DNA from: Felis catus
Taxonomy: Eukaryota
Length of the DNA stretch: 64,000 nt
Reading direction: 5' to 3'
Assembly (NCBI RefSeq): GCF_018350175.1
Contig: NC_058372.1
Location: 148,552,001-148,616,000 of the forward strand
Shown here: piece by piece, positions 1 through 11,784 of the stretch
How positions within the stretch are numbered: the first letter of the stretch is position 1
Layout: the number at the start of each line of letters is the position of its first letter
Notes under the pieces: generated by a model
The model's input: the letters and a program-made list of their open reading frames with translations, nothing else
Told to the model about the DNA's origin: nothing
Database searches by the model: none
Position numbers and translations under genes: made by a program

Positions 1-978
1 AGACTGGTGCGGCCACTGTGGAAAACAGTAGGGAGGTTCCTCAAAAAAATTAAAAATAGAACTACCCCATGCTCCAGCAATGTCAGTACTGGGTATTTAC
101 CCAAAGAAAACGAAATCATTAACTCAAAAAAGATAAATGCACTCCTATGTTTACTGCAGCGTTATTTACAAAAGCCAAGATACAGAAGCAACCTAAGTGT
201 CCACTGAACATTCAGATGCAGGGATGAGGAAGACGTGACACATATGCAGTGGAATATTACACAGCCATGAAAAAGAATGAGGTCTTGTCACGGGCCACAA
301 CATGGACGGAGTGACTTATTTCATGGACAACATGGACTTATTTCACGAAGTGAAATAAGTCAAAGGCGAATTTATGATTTCACTTATATGTGCAATCTTA
401 AACACACACACACACACAAATCAATAAACAACAGAAAGCAGAAACAGACCCATAAATACAGAGAACCACCTGGTGGTGGCCTGTGGGGGTGGGAGGGGCG
501 GGAGGATGGGCCAAAATGGGTGATGGGAAGAGGGAGATAAGGGCTTACAGTCACGGAATGAAGAGGTCACAGGGATGAAAGGTACAACACAGGAGTAAGG
601 CAGAGGTCCCGGAACAGTTTGTGTGGTGACAGATGGCAGTTACACTGTGGTGAACACAGCGTGACATATAAACTTGTCTAGTCCCTGTCGTACTCCTGAA
701 ACTAATGCAACGTTGTACGTCCGCTATACTCCAATTTTTTTTTTAATTTTTTTTTCAACGTTTATTTATTTTTGGGACAGAGAGAGACAGAGCATGAACG
801 GGGGAGGGGCAGAGAGAGAGGGAGACACAGAATCGGAAACAGGCTCCAAGCTCTGAGCCATCAGCCCAGAGCCCGACACGGGGCTCGAACCCACGGACCG
901 CGAGATCGTGACCTGGCTGAAGTCGGACGCTTAACCGACTGTGCCACCCAGGCGCCCCTATACTCCAATTTTAAAAAA
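1..978 (+). mobile_element. L1 (LINE-1) 3' end: decayed ORF2 C-terminus plus 3' UTR, interrupted by a SINE just before its A-tail
   Basis: ORF 7..207 PLWKTVGRFLKK resembles the L1 ORF2 C-terminal PLWKTVWRFLKKL motif. GTGGAATATTACACAGCCATGAAAAAGAATGAG at ~249-281 matches the EYYSAIKKNE segment. A typical 3' UTR end follows (ACTCCTGAAACTAAT...CTATACTCCAATTTTAAAAAA). Frameshifted. Confidence 0.9.
739..958 (-). mobile_element. Can-SINE, young Felis-type SINEC_Fc
   Basis: Full length. Diagnostic CTTCAGCCAGGTCACG, TGGGCTGATGG and GTCCCAAAAAT on the minus strand. Perfect TSD TATACTCCAATTTT at 725-738 and 959-972. Confidence 0.97.
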
Positions 979-1448
979 GCTTTCGTAAAACTGTAGTATA
1001 GAATTCATTGACAGTGATGGGCATCCCTGGACACACTGTAGAAATATGATTAAGTTTCCTACTTGAATAAGGGGACATCGCCAGCTCATATCTTTTGAAG
1101 AGTTCATTTAAGTCGCTACTCGGCATATAGTTTACCAATTTTATTGCAATGCAGTATGTTTTTTTTTTTAATGAAATAATGCCATAAAGCTGACTTTTGG
1201 CTAAAATGCTACTGAGCTTGTGAGAGTTTTATGTGAGGGTATGCAGCTTTGTACTGCTCACCGGACAAGTTCAGGGCCCCAGAGAACCCACCTAGGGTTT
1301 TCTCGCTGGAGAAAGTTCTAACACACTAGTTCCTGAGTCCCTTGTTAAGTATTTCCTCAAGACATAGACATAAAGAAGTCCAGAAGTATTCAGGCTATAC
1401 CAACAAAAACAACAATAAAGCACTTGCTATAAATAACTAGGTTACCTG

Positions 1449-1450
<2 letters not shown>

Positions 1451-1490
<40 letters not shown>
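1451..1490. repeat. (GT)20 microsatellite
   Basis: Perfect dinucleotide run read directly. Confidence 0.98.
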
Positions 1491-1494
<4 letters not shown>

Positions 1495-1574
1495 GTGGAT
1501 TAAACGAAAAGGAAAATGAAATTCTATTTAGAGAGTGCAAATGATATTTCATTTAGGGAAGTCAAGTCTTGAGT

Positions 1575-1830
1575 CCTTGGGATGTCTGTACAAGAATATT
1601 TATGGCAGCATTCTTTATAGCCTCAGAAAACTAGAAAGAAAATAAATGCCCTTTGATACGGGAATGAGTAAAATATCGCTCATCTACACCACACGATATT
1701 ATTCAGCCAGCATGAAGAATTAGGTAGAATATACACCAGTTGACTCAGTGAGATTTCTAGGTAGCACGGCTCATTGAGCCAAGGTATAGAAAATACGTAT
1801 AATGCCCTTATTTTGTAAAGCAAACAATAA
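1575..1830 (+). mobile_element. Ancient L1 (L1M-type) 3' fragment
   Basis: TGTACAAGAATATTTATGGCAGCATTCTTTATAGCCTCAGAAAACTAGAAA resembles the conserved L1 ORF2-end segment; highly diverged. Confidence 0.6.
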
Positions 1831-2269
1831 CACAGAAGCCATGTGTGCTTTCTCTCCAGCCCTGTTGTTCTTGAGTTTGAATAACAAGTTCAGATAATGA
1901 GATTTCATTATAGTGAAAGGCACCTGCACAGGCATCTGTATACGTGTGTGTATATGTATGTGTGTGTATATATAGACAGAGTTAGTCGTATAGTTATATA
2001 ATCATATGTGTACATCAATAGACAGCACTATTCCACTTTTCCGCATTTATAAAAGATCTCCACATTTATAAAAGCATTTATGTAAATCCATGCAATAAAA
2101 TTCTACCCACAATTTCTAAAAGGAAGAAATGAAACAGGTAAATTGTTTTAACTTGTATCGTTCGGTTTCTTCCGGTATTTCTATCCCTGTAAACAGTATC
2201 TACACTGGGTATGAGCCGATGTCTGGCATATTGTAGGTACCGCCTTGTCCTTGTCCTTGTAATGACCTT

Positions 2270-2360
2270 CAGAAGGAGATGCAGGTGAGGAAAATGGTTC
2301 CCGCTGAGGTTAAGACGCTCGCGCTTATGTAACCCCATAGCCAGCAGGACCGGACCTGTC
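2270..2360 (-). mobile_element. MIR fragment
   Basis: CAGGTGAGGAAAATGGTTCCCGCTGAGGTTAAG resembles the reverse-complemented MIR core (CAGATGAGGAAACTGAGGCTCAGAGAGGTTAAG). Confidence 0.5.
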
Positions 2361-3957
2361 GCCCGAGGCCGCCCAACTCCCAAATCGTATGGACTACTCA
2401 CCAGCCTCCTGAAACCCTTGTCTGATTCTGTCACATCAGACCCGCGTGGGGAATCACACGGAGTCAGCTCCAACAATGGACACACTCTTTGCCACTAAAC
2501 GCTTTGATGACTGCACTCACCACCCACCCCTGAGTTCCTGGGCCCTGGGATTGGCTGAGGACGTCATAGGATTCTCAGTGCTCAGCAATCCCACATCCAT
2601 GCCGTGGAGGCAACTGGTAAACCCTAGATGTGACAACACCCAGGCCTTTCAGTTGGAGAACCTCAAGACACGAGTCCCAGGTGTTTTGTTGCCCAAGAAC
2701 ATTTACTAGGTGTCTCCTCTACGCTCAGAATAAAGACTCTTTGAGCAACATGTTGTAGTGTCGTCAGTGCCTTCCAATCTGTGGCACCGGGACTCAAATT
2801 TTATCAGACTGAGTCTTTGCGGGCAGGGTTGGCCTGAATCAATGCGGAAAACGGAAGCCTGTATTAAAACACACACCGTGGAAACTAACGGAGGGAGCCC
2901 ACAGATACACCGTCAGCAGCCAGCCAGCCACTAGGCCAAGGAGAAGGTGTAAGCAGGGAAAATCGACCCGAACCATTTCCTATTGGAAGGCGGAACCTGC
3001 TAGGAACAACAGCTCCCCCTTACACATGTGCTCGCGGAATGTTCACCTGAGGCCCCGGTGTAGTTCTGCATCACGATGAATCTGTAGGACCAGTGGCCCG
3101 GCGCCCTGCTGACCACACTGGCTTTCTCCCTTCAGCCCCGATCCATTTGGGTGTTCAGTGTCCGAACTCACGTCGTCACCTTCGGCAGACTTTCCACACG
3201 CCCCGCTGAGCACCCCTTTCTGGGGGCTGATCTGCCTTCTTGGGGACCTAGTCTCTCCTGTGCCTCTGGGAGGTTCTCCCCAGAGCGCCCACCGATTCCA
3301 CCCTCGGCCTGGAGCCCCACCTCTTGCAAGGTCTCGCATAAAGTGAAATGTGATCGGTCATTGGGAATTAACTAATGACATGCACGGTTCCGTAACCTCT
3401 TTCCTGGATGACAGACGGGAGTAAAGGTAATCTTCTCCAGATTCTGATGCAACCCTATCCTTTTGTTTTTCTATAAAGAACACAGAGCTGATAACGTTTT
3501 ATCTTCATAGTCTTTTCAGGACCCACGGTCCGCCCGAAGCTTCAGGATGGCCTGCAGGCACATTCCAGCACCTGTTGGTGTGGACCCACGAAGAGGCAGT
3601 GGCAGGAGAAGTCAGGAGCTTAGCCGCCATGTCAGACTGGGACGTGAACCCAAATCCGCAACTCAGCAGCCCCGTGACCTTACACAAGCTCCTTACCCTC
3701 TTCCTGTCTCAGTACCCTCATGTCGAAGGGGAACGGCAGTATCCCTGGCTTCCTAGATCTCTGTAAGGATTAAATCAGAGGCTGATCACTTCCATCTCTG
3801 ACCAACAAGTGAGAGCTTTAGTAACTCATTAACAGTGAACCTCGAATAAGGCCATTGACACGAGCCTGTCTGAAACCAGCACAAATCTCCCCAGCTACTG
3901 CCGTCAAGCACTGTCCCGCAAGAGATACAGAGATGCCCCTCCATAAACTGTCTGCCC

Positions 3958-4150
3958 GGGGCGCCCGGGTGGCTCAGTCGGTGAAGCGTCCGACTTTGGC
4001 TCGGGTCACGATCTCACGGTTTGTGAGCTGGAGCCCCGCATAGGGCTCTTGGCTGTCAGCACGGAGCTTGCTTGGGATTCTCTGTCTCCCTCTCCCTGTG
4101 TCCCTCCCCTGCTGGCACTCTCTCTCAAAAATAAAATAATAAAAATAAAA
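3958..4150 (+). mobile_element. Can-SINE
   Basis: GGGGCGCCCGGGTGGCTCAGTCGG head, (CT)n and A-rich tail. TSD ATAAACTGTCTGCCC at 3943-3957 and 4151-4165. Confidence 0.95.
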
Positions 4151-5169
4151 ATAAACTGTCTGCCCAAAGCAAACGTCTTCCAGTCCTTAGAACATGCTCC
4201 GTGCTTCGCCGCCCTTACCCTTGGAGTCTGTTTTCCACCTGCAGTGCCGTGTGCACACCCATCTCCTGCAATTTCCACGCTGGCTCAAGGCCGGCCTCCG
4301 CTTCCCATCATCAGTGATGCCTTCTCTGAGACTCCAGGCAGAGGGGTCTCACCCGGGCTTTGCCCTTGTCTCCACTCACTCAGCCTTCCTCTTAGCACAC
4401 AGTTTGCACAACGGTTTAGGAGTAAGTTTCGCCCCTTGTGCTCAATGGCAAGTAACTTGCACATCTTGGTTTTCCTCATAAAAACTTCGTTCAGTAAACA
4501 TCTGCCACTGCTTCATTTATGAAATACCCCATTCAGGCTTGCCAATAAGCACGCTGTAGTGAGCTGTGCAGGCACTGGGGTTGGCAGGAGAGTTGAAAAT
4601 GACAACTCTGGGTGAAAAAAACACCTTCACGGAATAATTAAAAGTCTCCCTGGAACTTACTGGCTTTCTGTTTTGTTTCTACCTTGAAAATAATTGCGGA
4701 AGATGCTAAGAATGCGTGACGCATTTGGTGTCTCTTCGCACCCCCAGGGGATGGGAGGGGGAGAAGGTTCCAGAAGGTTCTACGCCTCTCTCTGTCTGCC
4801 TGAGGTCCCAGCCACCGGTGCTCGCCTGTGCCGGCTCCTCTGCTCACCCGCCGTGGCCTTGTCCACTTTACTTGCGGCTTGTTCCCTTCAAATCCCACTT
4901 GACTTCCTCCTGGGAAAAGTGCTACTCATCCCGACCACTTATTAGGCACTTGCTGTATACCAACCACTACATGCAGTGCTCTACGATCAGCAGGTGCGCT
5001 GGCAGGTACTCGGCTGGCCCCGCAGAGAGGGAAAGCCCCGACGTCGAGAGTTTGCCGATTTCCATGGTGTAAATTCCGCCAGTTCTGGTAAAAGCCCGTT
5101 TCGAACATGAGGATTTGCTCCAACGGGATTGCACATACCGAACGATGTGAGCAGAATGTGCCTTTCAGC

Positions 5170-6420
5170 CTGCACGTGCGCAATTCCATCTCGGAAAAGC
5201 CAGGTGAAGACAGCAGGAATCACAAACCACACACTCTGGTTCATGCCGTCCCACCCACATCTGGGGACACGGCTTTGGGACGCTGACGACCCTCCTGCCT
5301 GCCCTCCCCCCCCCCCACCGGGACTCCCCCTTCTCCTCCCCAGCTGGTTGGTTTGTTTTCTGTTGTTTTCTGTTCCTTTTCTCCCACTGCCTCCCTCTTG
5401 GCTCGCCACTCCCCACCCCGCCTTGTTCTCCTCTTCCTCCTGCGTCGGTGACGTCACGTTGGTAGCCTCACTCCGCCAGGGCGGGACTCGAGAATTTACG
5501 TCACTAACATTCCCAGATAACGTCCACGTGCGGCCGGTGCAGACCCCGAGAACCAGGATGCCCCGGATGAGAGCCGGCCAACGGCCTTCCTTTGTGTGAG
5601 GGCCAGGCCCCCTCCCCGTCCTCCTGCTCATCACCGTGGGAGGGGTGACGGGGACCCCTGCCAGAACCTCATCCTGGATCCCCACACTGCGGGGTCCACC
5701 CACAGGGAGGCCGGCTGCGTTTCCTTCCTTCCAGAAGGGGGAGCAGTGGCCCCCGCCATCTCCCTGGCTTCAGAGTGTAGGAAGTGCCCCCCCCCCCCCC
5801 CCGGCCGTGGCTGAGCCGGCTTTAGAGCTGTCCCCGTCTGGGTTTACTTCCCAGCTCTTCGGCCCTTCAGCTTCCGTGCTGTGCGACCCCGCGCGGGTCC
5901 CTGACCCTCTCTAAGCTCTGAGTGTTTTGCGGGCAGAGGACACGTGCACTGCCTGCCTCCCCCGCGGGTCACGCCACACAGGATGGGCTCTGCAGCATGG
6001 CTTCTGCAGGTGTGACCACGACCCCCCCCCCCCCCCCCCCGGCCAGCGCCTGCTGGTCGGAAATGCAGACCCGAGGGCCCACCCACACCTGCTGAACCAG
6101 AACCGGCAGGCAACAATCTCCAGGTGACTCCTGGACACAGGAATTCGCGACAAGCACTCGTCCGGTACGCATTTACACAGAGAAGGACCCAGGACAGAGG
6201 GAGTACGAAGAGATCATTAAATGGGAGGAGAAACAGAACCCCTGGGGTTAGGCTCAAATGTGGGCTCGCCGGCCCACCCCCGTCCCGCCCCAGCCTGCCC
6301 TTGGAGGAAGGATTCCCTAGAGCCCCTGGGTTATGGGCCCTCTGAGCTGGCAGAAGGATCCTGGGCTGAACTGTCCTCTGGAAAAGTAACAGTAACTCAT
6401 TCACTGCTGACGTCACGATG
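5170..6420. promoter_or_regulatory. CpG-rich, CRE/E-box-containing candidate promoter or enhancer
   Basis: TGACGTCA at 5449-5456 and 6408-6415, TTACGTCA at 5496-5503, CACGTG at 5173, 5525 and 5941, GC box at ~5479. No SINE. Confidence 0.5.
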
Positions 6421-7068
6421 TTGACATTTACTGTTTTCAAGTTCATTCCAGCGAAAATGCTCCGAGAATTCAGGATCTGATGCCGCTGGTTACAGGGTCG
6501 GGTAGGAAAACAAAGTCACTGAAACACATTTTCCCTAAGGTATTGAGTATCTAAGGAATTTGAGTCCCCATTCGAACCTCTCCCACTTACTAGGGATGTC
6601 TGTTCCAGACCGTCCGATCGATGCCTGTGCTTGTCAGTCTTTGCTGCCTTCACAGTGTAGACACGTCAGGACAAGACTCGATGCCAATCTATCGTAAAGT
6701 AAAACTGCATCCCTTTATGGTAAAATAAAAGTGAAGATTCCGGGAAGTCGACGAGAGTGACTTGGAAGGACCGCCCTATCCCCACGACCCGCTGACAGAG
6801 GGGGATCCGGCAGTAAGACCAGGTACGAGGAAGACAGAACCAACAAGGGTGTCGATGGGGTGGGTTCTTCAAACAAAATGATCTGAATATCAAAAGATGA
6901 TGAACAGTCCTTCAGAAAATTGATGAAAAGGACTTTTACCAAAATGACCCCATGTGAATCCTGAGAAACTCCGATGTCATAAAACTTTATCATTGGTAGC
7001 TATCTTTTGAGTTCCAAAATAACTCTGGCCTTTATTGTTTTTGATAGAGAATAAAAATGACCTAGGGA

Positions 7069-7231
7069 GGGGGGCCTGGGGGGCTCAGTCGGTCAAGCGT
7101 CTGACTTCAGCTCGGATCATAATCTTGCGGTTCGTGAGTTCAAGCCCCGCCTCAGACTCTGTGCTACTAGCTCAGAGCCCGGAGCCTGCTTCGGATTCTG
7201 TGTCTCCCTCTCTCCCTGCTTCGGATTCTGT

Positions 7232-7278
<47 letters not shown>

Positions 7279-7291
7279 ACTAAACATTAAA
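7069..7291 (+). mobile_element. Can-SINE with internal duplication and long (CT)n
   Basis: TSD AAAAATGACCTAGGGA at 7053-7068 and 7292-7307. CCTGCTTCGGATTCTGTGTC occurs twice (7185-7204, 7215-7234). Confidence 0.95.
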
Positions 7292-7424
7292 AAAAATGAC
7301 CTAGGGAAAAACTGGGAGACTAAAAATGTAAAATATTGTACAATTATATCATAATAATGTGGGCTAAAATGTGAGGAAGAACAAGAATATTGAGCTAAGA
7401 GATTTGTTTTTAATAACACTGGGC

Positions 7425-7674
7425 TTTTTTATTTTTTTAAGCTTATTTTTTTATTTTGAGAGAGAGAGAGAGAGAGGGAAACAGAGGGGGAAAGAGAACA
7501 CTCCCATGCAACTGGGGGAGGGGCAGAGAGAGAGAGGGAGAGAAAGAATCCCAAGCAGGCTCTATACTGTCAGCACAAAGCCTGATGCGGGGCTCAAACT
7601 CACGGACCTTGAGATCATGACCTGAGTTGAAATCAAGAGTCCGATGCTCAACCAATTGAGCCCCCCAGGCACCT
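7425..7674 (-). mobile_element. Can-SINE (older subfamily)
   Basis: Reverse-complement head GGTGCCTGGGGGGCTCAATTGG with the GACTCTTGATTTC variant; (GA)n and T-rich tail. Confidence 0.92.
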
Positions 7675-7690
7675 CTGATCTGACAGACTT

Positions 7691-7900
7691 TTTTTTTAAT
7701 GTTTGTTTATTTTTGAGAGAGAGAGAGACAAAGCACGAGCAGGGGAGGGGCAGAGAGAGAGGGAGACACACAATCCGAAGCAGGCTCCAGGGTCCGAGCT
7801 GTCAGCACAGAGCCCGACACAGGGCTCGAAGCCACGAACCGTGAGATGGTGACCTGAGCCGAAGTCGGACGCTCAACCCACTGAGCCCCCCAGGCGCCCC
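7691..7900 (-). mobile_element. Can-SINE
   Basis: Full length. TSD TGATCT(G/A)ACAGACTT flanking at ~7676-7690 and 7901-7915. Confidence 0.95.
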
Positions 7901-9194
7901 TGATCTAACAGACTTCTTAAAAAATCACTATTATTTTGCACGAATTTAGTCCAATCTCTCCTTTTCCCTTTATCTTGTTATGGCGGATTTCTGTGTTGTT
8001 CCGTTATCTTCCTTAAAAAGTGAACTTACGTTGACTTGCAACTACGCCCTATTTCTTTTACATATTTCAAATTTCCAAAATTACACATAAAACAGAACAT
8101 CCTCTGTGATCTCACTGGGAGGGCCCAGAAAATGCTACAACAATACTTAATCATCCTACGTCTACAACAGTACAGTTTTCGCCGAGGGTTGCAATAGGCT
8201 TATGCAGTTTGCTAGCGACAGGTTCTGAATCCGGCATAATTCGCTCACAGTAACAGGTGCGTAGTTTCTTGTACCGCTCTCTGCTCGCGTTCTGAGCACT
8301 TCTCAAGTTTTCAGCTCATGATTTCCATCACCGGGACGAGAGAGGAGCTTCCTTCCTTTCAACACTACCTTAAGCTGGGAGCAACCTGTACATGGTTTAC
8401 GTTTGTCACTGCCCCGGAAGGGACGCTCGTCAAGAGCTCCCGTTCCTAAAGGCCTTCCCCACAGGGGGTTCTTTCTCCTCAGAAACTTCTGTTGCGCACA
8501 GAGCTCTTTCTGCAAGTGGGCATTCATGGGAACCTCCCAGTGCTTAGGACGAACAGGTCCGTCTGGGAGGCAGAAAGGGAGGGCCCTTTCCCAGGAGGGA
8601 GAAAGCAGCGAGCCTGGAAGCAGGGCCCTATGGATCGTGAGAACAAAAACTATGCCGGCCTTCAGCCAAACCTTACAAGTCCAAAGCACCGAAAAGGGGG
8701 GAGGGGTGGCATCTGCAGCGAAGGATGCGACAAAGGACGATTCAAAGCCCGATCTGACTGAACCTTCACACGTCAGGACTCACTCCATGTAAAAGAAAAA
8801 AACTGATGGCAAAAAATTCACTGAAGTAACGTAAACCTAGAGAACAAGTGTGGACATCTGGGCTCCTGTACTGATTCGATAAGGTGTCCACGCCCTTTCC
8901 GGAAAGGTACTGATTCCTTTGGACATTCCGCTCTCATAGAGGCTGGAATGATCTAGAATGTGGATTCCCTGTGGCTCCCACACGTCATATCGTGGTACAT
9001 CCCTTCAAGCTCTGCAAAGTGGGTTTGTGGAGCAGGCCAGGCCCTAGAGGCCTTTATCACTGGTTACGGGTGTCCTGTCAGCCTTTATCGCTGGATAGGG
9101 GTGTCCTGTCGGCAGGGAGGGATCTGGAAAACCACCTTCTGAGCCGACCAAGCGTCACACTGGATTCAGCACCTCTCTAAAGTGACAGATAGCG

Positions 9195-9223
9195 GTGCTC
9201 GCTTCGGCAGCACATATACTAAA
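9195..9223 (+). pseudogene. 3'-truncated (tailless) U6 snRNA retropseudogene, U6 nt 1-29
   Basis: GTGCTCGCTTCGGCAGCACATATACTAAA is identical to the 5' end of mammalian U6. It is flanked by the direct repeat AAAGTGACAGATAGC (9179-9193) / AAAGTGACAGGTCGC (9221-9235). Confidence 0.95.
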
Positions 9224-9533
9224 GTGACAGGTCGCATCACGGGCAAGATAACAATGGTCAGTATGTGAACCCCACTTCCCAAAGTATTTTATGTCTCCTC
9301 CTGGGGTGTTGTACTCTGTTTCCTTCTAAAGCTTTGCAGAACTTCAAGTGAGGTGGAATCTCTTTCAAAATTGGTTCTGCCCACTCGAGGTCCGTTCTTC
9401 AGAACATTCTGGAATTACTGGCAGACCGCCCAGTTTATACCCGGCAGCTTTTCTGCTTCCCTACCAACAGGTGGTTGCCCTTCCAACTGATCTCATGCAT
9501 GATGCTAGATTATTCTTCCTTGAGCCCCCCTCC

Positions 9534-9535
<2 letters not shown>

Positions 9536-9574
<39 letters not shown>
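9536..9574. repeat. (CA)n microsatellite, about 19 units
   Basis: Read directly. Confidence 0.97.
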
Positions 9575-9577
<3 letters not shown>

Positions 9578-11447
9578 CATGATGGGAAATTTAAACGCCG
9601 ACCCTCGTATTCAGCATCCTTTTCAGTCGGGTTCCGATCTCCTTCCTAGTTGGGTCTCCTCCCAAATCTCGTTCTTCCACAGGTCAGTCACTGTCCTTCA
9701 GCGGCGTCCCCTGCCTGCTGTTTAATTTCAACACTCCCGTCCACAACGCAAAATCTTCCAACTCCAGGCCGAGGCAGGCCTTCCCCTTTCTCCTTTCTTC
9801 TTTACGGTCTCTTCCTTCTTTACGGAAGGCTACTTGTCCCGTGTGTTCATTCAGCAAGCTTCTGCTGAGGACCTCCTGAGCGTGAGGCATTGCTGGAGCT
9901 AGCGGGTCAATGCTGGTATGTCGTCAAACACTCGCCGTAATGATTTATAATAAACAGTTGACGTTCATCGACAATTTACCGCACCAGGCAATGTGAGTCC
10001 TTCCCAGCGTGTGCGTTCTTGCACCCCCCAGTGGCCTTCTAAAGTAGGGGCTGACGTTACCTTCAGTTTCTCAAATGAGCCAACGAGGCACAGAGAAATG
10101 AAATAATTTCCCCAGCCGGGATAAAAGTTGGCGTTCTGGCTCCAGAAGCCCCTCACGGCCACCAGCCTGCTCTGCGTCCCACCAGGCGGCCGTGGCTGTT
10201 ACTGCTTCTGCCACATACTGTTTTCCCACGTTGTCAGGTTTTCACTTGTGCTCGTCCTGTGTCCCCAACTTAGCTTCGCCGACTCCGAATCTCCCAGCGA
10301 CCATAACCCTACAGCTCCTAGGGAAACCAGATTCACAAAACTAGGATGAGATCCAGACGGAATTAGATGTGGGAGCCGTGGAAATGTGCCTGTGATGTGA
10401 ACGGATGCTTTACAGCAGTAAAGCCTTGGGTCGCGAGGAACTTGCTCTGGGAGGGTTCCGCGAGAGAAGCAAAGATTTCTAGTAAGTTTTAACTTGATAA
10501 ACGAGCGATGTCTCGCAATACGAGCCGTACGTGATGCCGAATGTCATGTGATCACAACTGAGCCCATGGTTCTTGAAGTTCGCCTTGATATACAAGTGCT
10601 TTGGTTTACGAGCGGGTTTCCGGAACGAATTATGTTCGCAAGCCAAGGTTTTACTGTATTTAGGGAAATTCCAGAAAAGAATACGCTCCCCAGGCTTATG
10701 TATGCTTCCAACCTGGGTTCTGGAACTTGCCTACTGTATTGAGATCTTCCTACAATATTACTATTGCAGTAAAATTTCCGACATTTTCCCCTTAGGTGTT
10801 AATTTTGTCTTCTCAAAGAAATAGAGAAAACTCACCAGCAGCCTGAGAAATCTGGGAGAGGCAGGAAACCACACCTCTCAACTCCCTGCTCCGAGGAAGG
10901 GCTGGGAGACCGGCCGAGGCTGCCTTGCCCTGTCTAGCCCCGCCTCACCCGCACCCTCAAGTCCACAGAGGCTCTAGCCGCTAGGATTCGAGACCGCTTC
11001 TTGTCCTTCCCACTTGGCTCCATTGGCTTTGCTGAGAGTTCTTTAATGTGTGCTTCCTCAACCACTTTTTAGTTTCATAAAAGCAAAAAGTGGCCACAGA
11101 GCATTCCTACCCAAAAGCTGCGGGTTTTCCATCCCGTTTTGGGGAGCAACCTCTCCCGCCCGCCCGAACATTGCATTTCAAACCCAGCATTAGAGGAAAT
11201 TAGGAACCGAAACAGGGCAGGCCTGAGAAATGAAGACCCAGTCTTTTGAGCTTGCTGCAGAATGACCATTTCTGTGTTGCCTGGAACTTACTAGCTGAAG
11301 TCTACATATTAGATTTCGCTCTATGGTTTACGCTATGACTTTGGGGCTTTCTTCTCTCTGTTCTTCCAGAAATGCTTTTAGACTCTTTAGTTTTTATCAC
11401 TCCCTACTTCTCCCTTTACCATATTCAATGATGAAATATTACTTTCT

Positions 11448-11478
11448 TCTTTTTTCAATGTTTTAACTATTTATTTTT

Positions 11479-11536
<58 letters not shown>

Positions 11537-11651
11537 CAGGCAGAGAGAGAGTGAGAATCCACAGCAGGCTCCAGTCTCTGAGCTGTCAGCACAGATCACG
11601 AACCTGAACCAAAGTCAGACGCTGAACCGACTGAGCCGCCCAGGGACCCCC
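11448..11651 (-). mobile_element. Can-SINE, internally deleted, expanded (GA)n
   Basis: TSD AAATATT(A/G)CTTTCT at 11434-11447 and 11652-11665. Confidence 0.92.
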
Positions 11652-11694
11652 AAATATTGCTTTCTAAAATACTTACTGCTTTCAGATTCCACAT

Positions 11695-11772
11695 AGGAGT
11701 GAACTATGTTGTACATGTAAAACTAACATACCACTGTGTGTCGACTATACTCAGACAAAAAAAATTGAAAAT
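11695..11772 (+). mobile_element. Short L1 3'-terminal fragment
   Basis: CTATGTTGTACATGTAAAACTAACATACCACTGTGTGTCGACTATACTC plus A-rich tail; same terminal motif as the L1 at 680-735. Confidence 0.7.
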
Positions 11773-11784
11773 CAAAGGTATTAA

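Noticed and set aside
7-207. ORF with protein-like sequence
   Set aside because: Frameshifted L1 ORF2 C-terminal remnant.
772-996. Recurrent ORFs such as GQRETEHERGRGRERGRHRI and AQSVKRPTSAQVMISRFVSSSPASGS
   Set aside because: Translations of Can-SINE sequence, not a gene family.
2395-2405. Isolated strong minus-strand donors (2401, 24241, ~45550)
   Set aside because: No paired acceptor or promoter context; many such hexamers are expected by chance.
3958-4040. tRNA-like A/B boxes
   Set aside because: These are the tRNA-derived heads of SINEs; there is no complete cloverleaf.
4716-5703. Overlapping ORFs up to 238 aa
   Set aside because: No recognisable domain, they cross homopolymer tracts, and there is no convincing splice-site pair.
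6666-6993. Minus-strand ORFs of 75-92 aa
   Set aside because: No recognisable homology; possibly a decayed repeat that I cannot classify.
8303-8792. Antiparallel ORFs of about 128 aa
   Set aside because: No known motif or exon boundaries; compatible with chance.
9195-9223. Functional U6 gene
   Set aside because: Only 29 of about 107 nt are present, with no ACAGAGA box, no upstream TATA/PSE and no T-run terminator.
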